A stretch of 64,000 bases of DNA from Patescibacteria group bacterium (lineage in GTDB: Bacteria; Patescibacteriota; Minisyncoccia; GWC2-36-17; WO2-46-25): NCBI GenBank assembly GCA_038062295.1, contig JBBTXL010000008.1:1430-65429 (forward strand), given 5' to 3'. Shown in pieces: positions 27,725 to 37,297 of the stretch. The stretch's first letter is position 1, and each line of letters begins with the position of its first letter. The position numbers were made by a program, and so were the translations under genes. The notes under the pieces are model-generated. The model worked only from the letters and a program-made list of their open reading frames with translations. It ran no database searches and was not told where the DNA came from.

Positions 27725-28420
27725 ATGGAAGAAGCTTTATTTACCGTCCTGAAAATCGTTAACTTTATCCTCACTGCTGTTGTGGTCGTGTGGGGGTGGC
27801 GTATGTTTCCGGATATGCGGCTGCGGATGCAGTTTGGCCTGATGTTTTTGTTCTTTTTCCTTTCCACCATACTCTTTGGCGAAGAAGGAGGACGGAACGA
27901 ATGGACTCGTCATACACTTTTTTATGCCGGAGAAATCTTCTTTTATCTGTTTCTGGTAAATCTTATTAAGCGGTACTACCGTGAAGATAAACCTCTGGGG
28001 TCGGGGTTTGTGACGACCACCGGAACATATGCCGCCGCAGCGGGAGGGCCGGCGCTGGTATCGGGCAGCGACGGCATTTCCTGGGTCACGGGCATGTATG
28101 AGTTTCTGACCGAACAGGGATTGCAGCACCTGCTCACGCTTCCGCTCATCATTATCATCATTTACAGCATTGATGTCCGATGGACGAACATGTCCAAAAC
28201 CCTGCGCGGCGTGGTGAACCCGTTTGTTATTGCCGTCATTGGCCTGGTGGCTGCCCATGTTTTTGAATTCATCATTGAAAGCCAGGGGTTCCTGCCGATC
28301 CTGGACGGCGAACCGGTCGAATATATTGAATTTGGGTGCTATTACTTCGGACTTATCTTTTTTGCCGCCGGTATGTACCGGCTAAAGCGGTTTATCTCGG
28401 TGCAGCAAATCGCCGCTTGA
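27725..28420 (+). CDS. hypothetical polytopic membrane protein
   Basis: ORF track; several TM helices. Confidence 0.5.
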   Translation: MEEALFTVLKIVNFILTAVVVVWGWRMFPDMRLRMQFGLMFLFFFLSTILFGEEGGRNEWTRHTLFYAGEIFFYLFLVNLIKRYYREDKPLGSGFVTTTGTYAAAAGGPALVSGSDGISWVTGMYEFLTEQGLQHLLTLPLIIIIIYSIDVRWTNMSKTLRGVVNPFVIAVIGLVAAHVFEFIIESQGFLPILDGEPVEYIEFGCYYFGLIFFAAGMYRLKRFISVQQIAA

Positions 28421-28450
28421 CAGGGCGGTTCGGCGCATATCGGTTCTTAC

Positions 28451-31156
28451 ATGGGAAATCAGTGGTATGCAAAAACCTCGCAGGAGGTTTTTGACGCATT
28501 ACAAACGAACGAACACGGGCTGATGAAAGAAGAGGCGGCGCGCCGCCTCGCGGAGCACGGCCCCAATAAACTGCCGGAAGCAAAAGCAGACGGGCATTTC
28601 GTCGTGTTCCTGCGGCAGTTCCAAAGCCCGCTCATCTATGTGCTGCTCGCGGCCGCTGCAGTGGTGTTTGCTATGGGGGAAGTTGCGGACGGCTCCATCA
28701 TTCTCGCCGTACTGGTGTTCAATGCGCTCGTTGGCGTGCTACAGGAAGGAAAAGCGCAAAGCACGCTGCGCGCGCTGAAAACAATGGTGGCGACGACGGC
28801 AACGGTTGTGCGCGACGGGGAAGAATGCATCATCCCCGATACCGAAGCGGTGCTCGGCGATATATTGGTCTTGCAGGAGGGTGAAAAGATTCCGGCGGAT
28901 GCACGCGTTATTGTTTCCCAAAATCTGAAAGTTGACGAAGCGGTGCTGACGGGGGAGTCCAAGCCGGTGCATAAAATGAACGGAGTGCTTGAGCCGGCGG
29001 ATCTGTCGCCGGCGGAGCAGCACAACATTGTGTTCAAGGGAACACATATCGTGGCCGGCAACGGCAGGGCGATCGTGGTTGCAGTGGGCGTGGAAACGCA
29101 TGTCGGAACCATATCGCAGGCGCTCGCGACGATCGATACGGAAATTCCCTTAAAAGGCGATATTCGCTTTTTGTCCCGCGCGGTCATTTCCGTCGTGGCG
29201 GTCTTTGGCGTTTCGCTTTTTATGGTCGGCATTGCGCTCGGAAAAACAGCGCGGGAGATGTTCACCACCATCGTGTCGCTTTCGGTATCCGTCATTCCCG
29301 AAGGGCTGCCTATCGTGCTGACGCTGATATTAGCAGGTGGGGTGTGGCGGATGAGCAAGCGCAATGCGCTCGTGAAAAAATTGCAGGCGGTAGAGGCGCT
29401 TGGGCAGGCGCGCGTCATTGCGGTAGACAAAACCGGAACTATCACCAAGAACGAAATGACCGTGCGTGAGGCGTATGTGGACGGAAAGACGTTTGCCGTG
29501 AGCGGTGTCGGGTATGAACCGGACGGCGAGGTGACGTTGGATGGGGGAGTGGTGGACCCACCCAATCATCCGGAGCTGTTGGTTGCCGGCAAGATTGCCG
29601 CGTTCTGTGCCGGTGCGCGTGTGGTGTTTCAAGAAGACACCCGGCGCTGGCGTGTCGCGGGCGACCCGACGGAAGCGGCGCTGTTGGTATTTTCCCGGAA
29701 GCTGGGGTACCACAAGGACGATCTGGAACGGGAGTCGCCGCTGGTTGGCGAGATCCCGTTTGACTACCGGCTGAAATATCACGCGACGGTTCATGCGGGC
29801 GACGCTGAACAGATGTGTGCGGTGGTGGGCGCGCCCGAAGTCATCCTGGGTCTTTCCGAGAACGTGTGGCGTGGCGGAAAAATAGACCCGTTGTCTGCGG
29901 AAGAAAAGCGGGAGCTGGAGTCGGTGTTTATCCGTATGTCCGAGGGCGGACTGCGGGTTGTGGCGCTGGCGGAGCGCCGGTTTGCGCCGCGCGTTTCCGC
30001 CGAAGGCGCGCAGCTTCCCCCCGAGCCGTTCGGGAGCGGGGAAGTGGTGTCGCTTGCCTTCGTCGGGTTTCTGGGTATACAGGATGCGTTAAGGCCGGAA
30101 GTCAAGGATGCGTTAGAGCGCGCCGTTTCCGCCGGCATGCGGGTGGTGATGATCACGGGCGACCACACCGTGACGGCGCATGCCATCGCCAAAGAGGCGG
30201 GTATCTGGCGTGAGGGTGATACCATCCTGACCGGGAGCCACATTGACGCGCTGTCCGACGTGCAACTCGAAACGTTGCTGGCGCACACATCGGTGTTCGC
30301 GCGTGTTACTCCCGAACACAAGCTCCGTATCATCCGGGCGTTCAAAGCGCGCAAGGAGATCATCGCGATGACGGGCGACGGAGTGAACGACGCGCCGTCC
30401 TTGGTGGCCGCCGACCTCGGCGTTGCCATGGGGGGCATCGGCACGGAAGTTGCGAAAGAAGCGGCGGATATTGTTTTACTGGACGACAACTTTGGCAGTA
30501 TTGTATCGGCGGTGGAGGAAGGGCGAAGCATTTATAAGACCATCAAAAAGGTTATTTTGTATCTTTTTTCCACGAGCGTCGGCGAGGTACTTGCCATCAC
30601 CGGCGCGTTGTTGTTGGGTTATCCGTTGCCGCTGTTAGCCGCGCAGATCATCTGGCTCAATTTTGTAACCGACGGATTTTTGGACGTGGCGCTTGCGATG
30701 GAACCGAAGGAAAAAGGGCTGCTGTCGGGGTCGTTCGTCAGGCCGAAACGCTTTATGGTGGACGCGCTGATGGCGCGGCGCATCGTGCTCATGGCGCTGC
30801 CCATGATGGTCGGTACGCTGTTGTTATTCCAGAATTTTATTGCCGACGACATGACGAAAGCATGGACCATCGCGCTCACGACGCTTGCCGTGTTTCAATG
30901 GTTCAATGCCTGGAACTGCCGCTCGGAGCGCGAGTCGCTGTTTGCCGTGAGCCCGTTCACGAACCCGTATCTCATCGGCGCGACGGCGGTCGTTATCGTG
31001 CTGCAGCTGCTTGCGGTGTACCATCCCGCGTTTCAGGCATTCTTGCACACGACGCCACTTTCGCTCGCGGAGTGGCTCGTTATCATCCCCGTCGCGTTCT
31101 CCATTGTTATCGTGGAAGAGGTAAGAAAGTTCTTTTTCCGCAGGACGGCGGCATAG
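28451..31156 (+). CDS. cation-transporting P-type ATPase (type II, Ca2+/Mg2+-like)
   Basis: DKTGTITKNEM phosphorylation motif; MITGDHTVTAHAIA; TGDGVNDAPSLVAADLGVAMG hinge. Confidence 0.9.
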   Translation: MGNQWYAKTSQEVFDALQTNEHGLMKEEAARRLAEHGPNKLPEAKADGHFVVFLRQFQSPLIYVLLAAAAVVFAMGEVADGSIILAVLVFNALVGVLQEGKAQSTLRALKTMVATTATVVRDGEECIIPDTEAVLGDILVLQEGEKIPADARVIVSQNLKVDEAVLTGESKPVHKMNGVLEPADLSPAEQHNIVFKGTHIVAGNGRAIVVAVGVETHVGTISQALATIDTEIPLKGDIRFLSRAVISVVAVFGVSLFMVGIALGKTAREMFTTIVSLSVSVIPEGLPIVLTLILAGGVWRMSKRNALVKKLQAVEALGQARVIAVDKTGTITKNEMTVREAYVDGKTFAVSGVGYEPDGEVTLDGGVVDPPNHPELLVAGKIAAFCAGARVVFQEDTRRWRVAGDPTEAALLVFSRKLGYHKDDLERESPLVGEIPFDYRLKYHATVHAGDAEQMCAVVGAPEVILGLSENVWRGGKIDPLSAEEKRELESVFIRMSEGGLRVVALAERRFAPRVSAEGAQLPPEPFGSGEVVSLAFVGFLGIQDALRPEVKDALERAVSAGMRVVMITGDHTVTAHAIAKEAGIWREGDTILTGSHIDALSDVQLETLLAHTSVFARVTPEHKLRIIRAFKARKEIIAMTGDGVNDAPSLVAADLGVAMGGIGTEVAKEAADIVLLDDNFGSIVSAVEEGRSIYKTIKKVILYLFSTSVGEVLAITGALLLGYPLPLLAAQIIWLNFVTDGFLDVALAMEPKEKGLLSGSFVRPKRFMVDALMARRIVLMALPMMVGTLLLFQNFIADDMTKAWTIALTTLAVFQWFNAWNCRSERESLFAVSPFTNPYLIGATAVVIVLQLLAVYHPAFQAFLHTTPLSLAEWLVIIPVAFSIVIVEEVRKFFFRRTAA

Positions 31157-31508
31157 CAGTGCACCTTTCCCACAGAATCTTGACGGAACAAAAAAAGTAT
31201 GATACTATTGCAATGCTGAAAACGGCATTGTTTTCTTTAACAGACGAATACAAACTAAGGAAAGGGGGTGTGTCGTGCGCACTAAGAGAGGAGAAGGACA
31301 AAATAAATTCCTGCCGCCGTTTGATAGAAAAAAGGCGGAAAAGCTTCATAGTATTCTTATACAGCTGATTGGATCCCCCTATTCTTTCAGGCGCGTAATA
31401 AGTGCGCTGGAAGATATACTGCACAGGCCTTCCTGTATCAGAAAATGTGACGTTGTTTTACAAAAAGAGATTTTCGATGCGATAGAAAAACTTTAAACGG
31501 AGGTGTCC

Positions 31509-31697
31509 ATGGAAAAAATCGCGCACGATGTTCGGGAGGACGGCGACCGCTACGAACGACTCACCTGCCACTCGCCGCAGTGCGGTGAGGCGGCCGTTGT
31601 CCGCCAGCCCCACATGGGGGAGGGGCAGTGGGAAAGGGCTCGGCAAGACTTTCTCACAGAACACCCTGTAGCATTGGTGGTAGTGGGGTGTGAATAA
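31509..31697 (+). CDS. small hypothetical protein with 4 Cys (Zn-ribbon-like), good RBS and terminator
   Basis: GGAGGTG 5 nt before ATG; CHSPQCGE...VVVGCE; terminator hairpin immediately downstream. Confidence 0.4.
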   Translation: MEKIAHDVREDGDRYERLTCHSPQCGEAAVVRQPHMGEGQWERARQDFLTEHPVALVVVGCE

Positions 31698-31707
31698 TAA
31701 ACGCCCC

Positions 31708-31736
31708 AAAGCCCGACGAAATCAGTCGGGCTTTTT
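31708..31736 (+). terminator. rho-independent terminator
   Basis: aaaGCCCGACgaaatcaGTCGGGCttttt. Confidence 0.55.
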
Positions 31737-31788
31737 CATTTGACATATTGCCTAGAGATGCCATAGTTGGGGTGAAAGGAGGTGCGCC

Positions 31789-32343
31789 GTGGAAGAACCA
31801 CAGACGCAGGAAATGCCGGAAATACGGGAAACACGAGAAGAAAAGGTCCTTCATAATGCGGTAGTGGTCCTTTTATTCCGCGCCGGGAAAATTCTCCTGG
31901 CACTCAAGACCAAAAAGATCGGAGCCGGTTTTTTGAACGGCTACGGCGGCGGCATTGAGGAGTTGGAAACGCCCCGTCAGACAGCAGTACGGGAACTTGC
32001 GGAGGAGGTTGGTCTCGACGTTGCATCAGAACACTTGATGAAAGTCGGCGACCTATATTTTCTCAACACCATGTTGAACGGTGAAACGTTTGAGTGCCGC
32101 GTACGTATCTATTGCTCATGGAAATGGGCAGGGGAGCCGCGTGAGACCGAAACCATGAAACAACCGACTTGGTTCCCGATGCGGGAAATGCCGTACGAGC
32201 GGATGATGCCTGCCGACCGTATTTGGTTTCCCATTGTTCTTTCGGGAAAAAAAGTAAGGGGGAAGTTCCCTTACGGCCCGTTCCAGCAAGAGCTGATTGG
32301 AGATTATGTCATCGAGGAAGTAGAATCGTTCCTCGAAGACTAA
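31789..32343 (+). CDS. NUDIX hydrolase (GTG start, RBS AAAGGAGG)
   Basis: Nudix box GGGIEELETPRQTAVRELAEEVGL. Confidence 0.8.
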   Translation: MEEPQTQEMPEIRETREEKVLHNAVVVLLFRAGKILLALKTKKIGAGFLNGYGGGIEELETPRQTAVRELAEEVGLDVASEHLMKVGDLYFLNTMLNGETFECRVRIYCSWKWAGEPRETETMKQPTWFPMREMPYERMMPADRIWFPIVLSGKKVRGKFPYGPFQQELIGDYVIEEVESFLED

Positions 32344-32412
32344 CGTCCCGATGTTGTATCGGGGCGTTTTTTTTGTTGTGACGCGGTTGATTTCGTCATA
32401 TAATACAGTGAG

Positions 32413-33573
32413 ATGAGCAGATCAGCTGTCATAAAGATTCTATTAGTCGTTGTCGTGCTTGGTGCGGTCTATGTTGCCGCAACGAGCGAACCGCGCGTGA
32501 GCCGGTCGCTGCCTGCGGCCGTTGCGCCGGTAACGGACGGCATTAACGCTGTGAAAGAACCGGAAGCGAAAGTCCCTCCCGTATCCGTCGTTGCCGACCA
32601 TTTGGAAATTCCCTGGAGCATGGTGTTTCTGCCCGGTGGCAGCATGTTGTTTACCGAGCGTGCGGGCGCGGTGCGCCTTATTCCGGTTGGGGGGACGCTT
32701 ATGGAAGAACCTGTGGCGCGCATTGCGGGGGTGAAGCACATCGGCGAAGGAGGATTGTTGGGCATCGCGTTGCATCCGAACTTTGCGGAGAATAACTTCG
32801 TCTATTTGTATTACACGTATAGTGATTCCGGCAACAACACGCTCAATCGCGTGTCACGCTTCACCTTTGGGTACGGCGCGTTCTCCAGCGAGCGCATTGT
32901 GGTAGATGCTATTCCCGGAGCGTCGAACCACAACGGCGGGCGGCTCGCGTTCGGTCCCGACGGTTTTTTGTATATTACGACGGGAGACGCACAGGAACCG
33001 TCGCAAGCGCAAAACACCCAGTCGCTTGCGGGAAAAATTCTGCGGGTGACCGATGAGGGGAAAGCGGCGCCGGGGAACACGTTTGAAAACAGGGTGTATT
33101 CGTACGGGCATCGCAATCCGCAGGGGCTTGCGTGGGACGCAGAGGGGCAGTTGTGGGCAACGGAGCATGGCCGCTCGGGCGTATTGTCGGGGTATGATGA
33201 GCTGAACAAAATAGAACGGGGGAGAAATTACGGATGGCCGGTCATCCAGGGCAACGAAACGGCGGAAGGCATGGAACGGCCGGTGCTGCACTCGGGCGCG
33301 ACCAAGACCTGGGCGCCCGGGGGCATGGCGTTTGCGGACAATGCGCTCTATTTTGCGGGCTTGCGGGGTACCGCGCTGTATGAAGTGCGCGTTTCCGGCG
33401 CGTCGGTGATGTTCTCGGAATATTTTAAAAATGAGTTCGGCCGGCTGCGGGATGCAGTGTGGGGGCCCGACGGATTTTTGTACATCGCAACCAGCAATCG
33501 CGACGGCAGGGGAGAACCCATATCGGAAGACGACCGGATACTAAAAATAGATATCAAACAGCTTGGGAAGTAG
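32413..33573 (+). CDS. PQQ-dependent sugar dehydrogenase (soluble glucose/sorbosone dehydrogenase family), secreted or membrane-anchored
   Basis: GLLGIALHPNF, NHNGGRLAFGPDGFLYITTGD, YSYGHRNPQGLAWDAEGQLWATEHG motifs. Confidence 0.8.
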   Translation: MSRSAVIKILLVVVVLGAVYVAATSEPRVSRSLPAAVAPVTDGINAVKEPEAKVPPVSVVADHLEIPWSMVFLPGGSMLFTERAGAVRLIPVGGTLMEEPVARIAGVKHIGEGGLLGIALHPNFAENNFVYLYYTYSDSGNNTLNRVSRFTFGYGAFSSERIVVDAIPGASNHNGGRLAFGPDGFLYITTGDAQEPSQAQNTQSLAGKILRVTDEGKAAPGNTFENRVYSYGHRNPQGLAWDAEGQLWATEHGRSGVLSGYDELNKIERGRNYGWPVIQGNETAEGMERPVLHSGATKTWAPGGMAFADNALYFAGLRGTALYEVRVSGASVMFSEYFKNEFGRLRDAVWGPDGFLYIATSNRDGRGEPISEDDRILKIDIKQLGK

Positions 33574-33576
33574 CGT

Positions 33577-34623
33577 ATGCGCGGGTTTCTTTCTATTTTT
33601 TTGGTCGCATCCGTTACGGTGATTCTCACCTTCGCTCTCGGCGCCGCATTCCATATGCGGGTACCGGTTTCCATGTCTGTGCCGGAACAGCAGGAAGTGG
33701 AGGCATTATCCGAACCAACGCACCCACTGCAAATTGCCGCACTGCGCGCGGGTATATACCCGGGAAGCAACATTACGGTTGAGCGGACGCTTGAAAAGGG
33801 GAGCAACTATTCTCGGCAGGTCGTTTCGTATCAGTCGGATGGACTGAAAATATACGCACTTCTAACGGTGCCGAACGGTATCGCGCCTGAAGGCGGCTGG
33901 CCGGTTATTATTTTCAACCACGGTTACATTCCGCCCAAACAGTACAAAACAACGGAGCGCTATGTCGCGTATGTGGATGGGTTTGCAAAAGCCGGCTATA
34001 TCGTATTGAAGCCCGACTACCGCGGCCACGGCGACTCGGAAGGGGAGCCGGAGGGGGCGTACTATTCCCCGGCGTATACGGTGGATGTGCTGAACGCCGT
34101 CGCATCCATGAAGAAATTCCCGGGAGCAAACCCGGAAAAGCTTGGCATGTGGGGGCATTCCATGGGTGGCCACATCACGTTGCGGGTCATGGTTGTTTCC
34201 AGAGATGTAAAAGCAGGAGTGATATGGGGAGGGGTGGTCGGTTCGTACCAAGACATGATGGAGCGCTGGCACCGCCGCACGCCGTGGCAGCCGTCGGAGC
34301 GCGAGAGCAACTTAGCGCGCCGCCCGACGCGAGCGGAACTGATAGAAACCTTCGGCGACTTTGAAAGCAATCCTGACTTTTGGAAATCCATTTCGCCGAT
34401 AGACCATGTTGTGGATATTTCAGGGCCTGTAGCGTTGCACCACGGCCTTGCGGATGAATCGGTGCCGTGGGAGTTCTCGCAGATCTTACGCGATGCGCTT
34501 ACAGCGGCGGGCAAAACGGTGCAATATTACACCTACACGGGCGCCGACCACAATCTTTCGGGCGCCGCGTTCGCGCCTGCCATGCGCCGCTCGGTTGAAT
34601 TTTTTGACAAGTATGTAAAGTAA
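33577..34623 (+). CDS. alpha/beta hydrolase (prolyl oligopeptidase S9 / dienelactone hydrolase-like), secreted
   Basis: nucleophile elbow WGHSMGGH; C-terminal HGLADESVPW (His/Asp region). Confidence 0.8.
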   Translation: MRGFLSIFLVASVTVILTFALGAAFHMRVPVSMSVPEQQEVEALSEPTHPLQIAALRAGIYPGSNITVERTLEKGSNYSRQVVSYQSDGLKIYALLTVPNGIAPEGGWPVIIFNHGYIPPKQYKTTERYVAYVDGFAKAGYIVLKPDYRGHGDSEGEPEGAYYSPAYTVDVLNAVASMKKFPGANPEKLGMWGHSMGGHITLRVMVVSRDVKAGVIWGGVVGSYQDMMERWHRRTPWQPSERESNLARRPTRAELIETFGDFESNPDFWKSISPIDHVVDISGPVALHHGLADESVPWEFSQILRDALTAAGKTVQYYTYTGADHNLSGAAFAPAMRRSVEFFDKYVK

Positions 34624-34654
34624 AACACCCGCCAAGTTTTCTGAACGGGTGTTT

Positions 34655-34882
34655 TTATTCTATGCGAGTGCTCTTTCTTTTCGCGTTCACGCGCCGCGCA
34701 TATTCAGGTGGCAATGGGGATATGCGGTTTCCGATAATAACATGATCTATAATATTCCCGCACGAAGGACACCGCCAGTAGTACTTTATTTTTTCACCCG
34801 ATTCGTTCGCTGTCTCGTTGTCGTGGTAGAGCATGATGCTCTTGCATCGAGTGCAGTCCATACCATTCGGAGTTGTTCCCAT
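34655..34882 (-). CDS. small zinc-ribbon protein, divergent from sigma factor gene
   Basis: CTRCKS...CPSCGN four-Cys pattern. Confidence 0.5.
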   Translation of the reverse strand: MGTTPNGMDCTRCKSIMLYHDNETANESGEKIKYYWRCPSCGNIIDHVIIGNRISPLPPEYARRVNAKRKSTRIE

Positions 34883-35095
34883 AGGCGCCTCCCCAGGTTG
34901 TTAAATATCCGATTTTTATTCTTGTTTTGTATCATATCTCTTACGTTTCGTCAATAATCATGGTATAATCATGGTGGTAACATTTCTCTTGAGTGCTGCA
35001 TTGTAAAGAGTACCACAAGGTCGCAGTATCCATTTTAAATTAAGCAGGAGGAGGGGTGTAATATATCAAAATACAGCACCCCTCCTCCCCCAGTA

Positions 35096-35692
35096 ATGTT
35101 TGTGCGCGCATCACAGATACCGAAAGACCTTGCCGAACAAAGCGATGAAAAGTTGCTTGCGGCGTCACGCGAAACGCCGGCGGTTTTCTCGGTATTGGTG
35201 AGCCGGTATCAGGAGGCGTTTTTGCGCAAGGGAAGGAGTATCCTCGCGAGGCAGGAAGACGCGGAAGATGCCGTGCAAGAGTCGTTCGTGAAGATCTACA
35301 TCAACGCTCATACCTTTACGCCGCGGGAAGGGGCATCGTTCAAATCATGGGCGTATCGCATTCTTTTAAATGAATGCTTCGCACGGTACCGGCGTATGAA
35401 AACAGAGCGGGAGTTTGCAAGCGGGGTTGACCAGGAGATGCTGGCGTTTCTCCCCGATGAGCGCATGGTGCGCGAACGCACGCAGGCGCTTGACGCCGAC
35501 TATGTACTCTCGCTGTTATCGCGGATCCCGGAGGTGTTCCGGCAGGTGCTGACACTGCATTTTTTAAAAGACAAGTCACAGCGGGATATTGCCCGGGAAC
35601 TCGGTATTTCCGAAGGCGCCGTACGCACGCGGGTGCACCGCGCAAAAGAAGCGCTCCAAAAAGAGCGCGAACGATTGGAATGTATCACATAA
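35096..35692 (+). CDS. ECF-type sigma-70 family RNA polymerase sigma factor
   Basis: region 2-like EDAVQESFVKIY; region 4 HTH RDIARELGISEGAVRTRVHRAKEALQ. Confidence 0.75.
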   Translation: MFVRASQIPKDLAEQSDEKLLAASRETPAVFSVLVSRYQEAFLRKGRSILARQEDAEDAVQESFVKIYINAHTFTPREGASFKSWAYRILLNECFARYRRMKTEREFASGVDQEMLAFLPDERMVRERTQALDADYVLSLLSRIPEVFRQVLTLHFLKDKSQRDIARELGISEGAVRTRVHRAKEALQKERERLECIT

Positions 35693-35696
35693 TATT

Positions 35697-36047
35697 ATGA
35701 CTGAAGAACAATTGCATCGCATCATCATGCGAAGGGTGTATGCTGTATTTTTTCTGCGGGAGCTTGCTTCGTCGTTGTGGGTGAAAGCGGCGGCGCTCGC
35801 GGTGTTGGTTGCCGCAAGCGCACTCGTAGTGTCGGTTGCTGACGTCTTCGCCAATATGCCGGGCGTGAACGAGCCGGCTGCGCTCTACGGCTTTTTCACC
35901 TACGCGTTTTTACAAACCGAGTACGCCGTGCAGGCGCTGGCGCTTGGTATTGCGGTGCTTACCGCCTTCATCGGCAGGGAAGTGGCGGTGCGTGCGGTAC
36001 GGCAGAGCCGGCATATTCCACTCGCGTTTGCCCGCATGCGGCATTAA
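35697..36047 (+). CDS. small membrane protein downstream of ECF sigma (candidate anti-sigma factor)
   Basis: starts 5 nt after sigma stop; MTEEQLHRIIMRRVYAVFFLRELASSLWVKAAALAVLVAASALV TM segments. Confidence 0.45.
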   Translation: MTEEQLHRIIMRRVYAVFFLRELASSLWVKAAALAVLVAASALVVSVADVFANMPGVNEPAALYGFFTYAFLQTEYAVQALALGIAVLTAFIGREVAVRAVRQSRHIPLAFARMRH

Positions 36048-36145
36048 TCTTTTTCAAAGACAGAAAAAAGCCCATCCCGATGATTTTTCGGAATGGGCTT
36101 TTTAGGGTTTTTTTCGTGACGGTTGGCGTTGTGTCAAGACGGGCG

Positions 36146-37183
36146 TCACGGTTTTTTGACAGAAGGAGGAGGTAATCCCGGCATATGTTCAACCAGCGTT
36201 TCCCATATCTCCTTAGTCCCCAATTTGTTGCATGCGGACGTGTATAGCTGGGAAATCCTGCTCTCTGTGACCCCGAGCACTTTCCCGGTTTCTTTCATGG
36301 TGCGCGGCGGACCGGAAAAACCACAGTATAGGTCAAGAACCCGCCGTTCGCTCGGTGAGAGCTTGGGGTGGGTGCGAAGCCGGTGTACTGCCGCTTCGAA
36401 TTCGACGTTCGCCATGTCATCGAAGGCGGTAGTAGTATCAGTAGGAATGAAGCGATACAGGTTCTCTCCCTCTCCGCTTTCCATCTCTTGAAGTTCGTCA
36501 AGAGAAACAGCGGGTTTCCGGATTCTCACAATGGCAAGTACTTCGTAGACCTTGTCAACCGGCATATCGATGCAGGCGGCAATATCCTCAATGGCGGGCT
36601 CTGTTTCGCGTTCGGTCCACAGCAGGCGTTGCGCGCGTTCTATTTTTGCCAATGCTTCGAGGACACTGCGCGGCAACGGCGAGGAACTGCGGATAACGTC
36701 CAGTATGGTGCCCCGAATGCGATACTCCAGATAGGTGGTGAGTGCGGTACCCCGTTCTTTGTCAAAACGGCGCACCGTCTCATTTGCTTCCAGAAAACAC
36801 TCCTGGAGAACATCATTATGGTCAATGGCGGGGTCAAGGATCGCGCGCTGGAGCGTTCGCCTATTGCCTCCGAACACCATCTTTTTCACTAACTGCAGGT
36901 GAGCATCCGTCAATAACCATCCATTGCCGGAAGCGCCGGGTTCGGGCGGCAGTATCTCATGAGAGTTAGTGATTCCGATCAGGTCTTCCACCTCTTGTAT
37001 CGTTTTTAATGCATCATCTTTTTTGCATACGGTACGGAGCTCCCGAAGCAAGTCCTCCCGGGTCCTGCCAGAAAGGTCCGCGACGGTTAAAACGCCGATA
37101 CCCCACAAACGCATGAGGGAGGTATCGGAAAGCCCCAGTGTTTCAATGCTGGCATGCATCTCAACGGCATCTCCTTGTTCCAT
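36146..37183 (-). CDS. sigma-70 family sigma factor (group 3 / FliA-SigF-like) with N-terminal helix-hairpin-helix domain resembling RNAP alpha-CTD
   Basis: regions 2-4 (RRVLDLYCGFSGPPRTMKETGKVLGVTESRISQLYTSACNKL); N-terminal LGLSDTSLMRLWGIGVLTVADL...EDLL. Confidence 0.75.
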   Translation of the reverse strand: MEQGDAVEMHASIETLGLSDTSLMRLWGIGVLTVADLSGRTREDLLRELRTVCKKDDALKTIQEVEDLIGITNSHEILPPEPGASGNGWLLTDAHLQLVKKMVFGGNRRTLQRAILDPAIDHNDVLQECFLEANETVRRFDKERGTALTTYLEYRIRGTILDVIRSSSPLPRSVLEALAKIERAQRLLWTERETEPAIEDIAACIDMPVDKVYEVLAIVRIRKPAVSLDELQEMESGEGENLYRFIPTDTTTAFDDMANVEFEAAVHRLRTHPKLSPSERRVLDLYCGFSGPPRTMKETGKVLGVTESRISQLYTSACNKLGTKEIWETLVEHMPGLPPPSVKKP

Positions 37184-37297
37184 GCGTTCCTCCTTTCAGA
37201 AGGGTATGAACTTGTTAAAGGCCGGTATCCCGCATTGACTTTCATGCGGTAATACTGTAGTACACCATTTAGAAGCTCTTTACAAGAGGGAAAGGGG

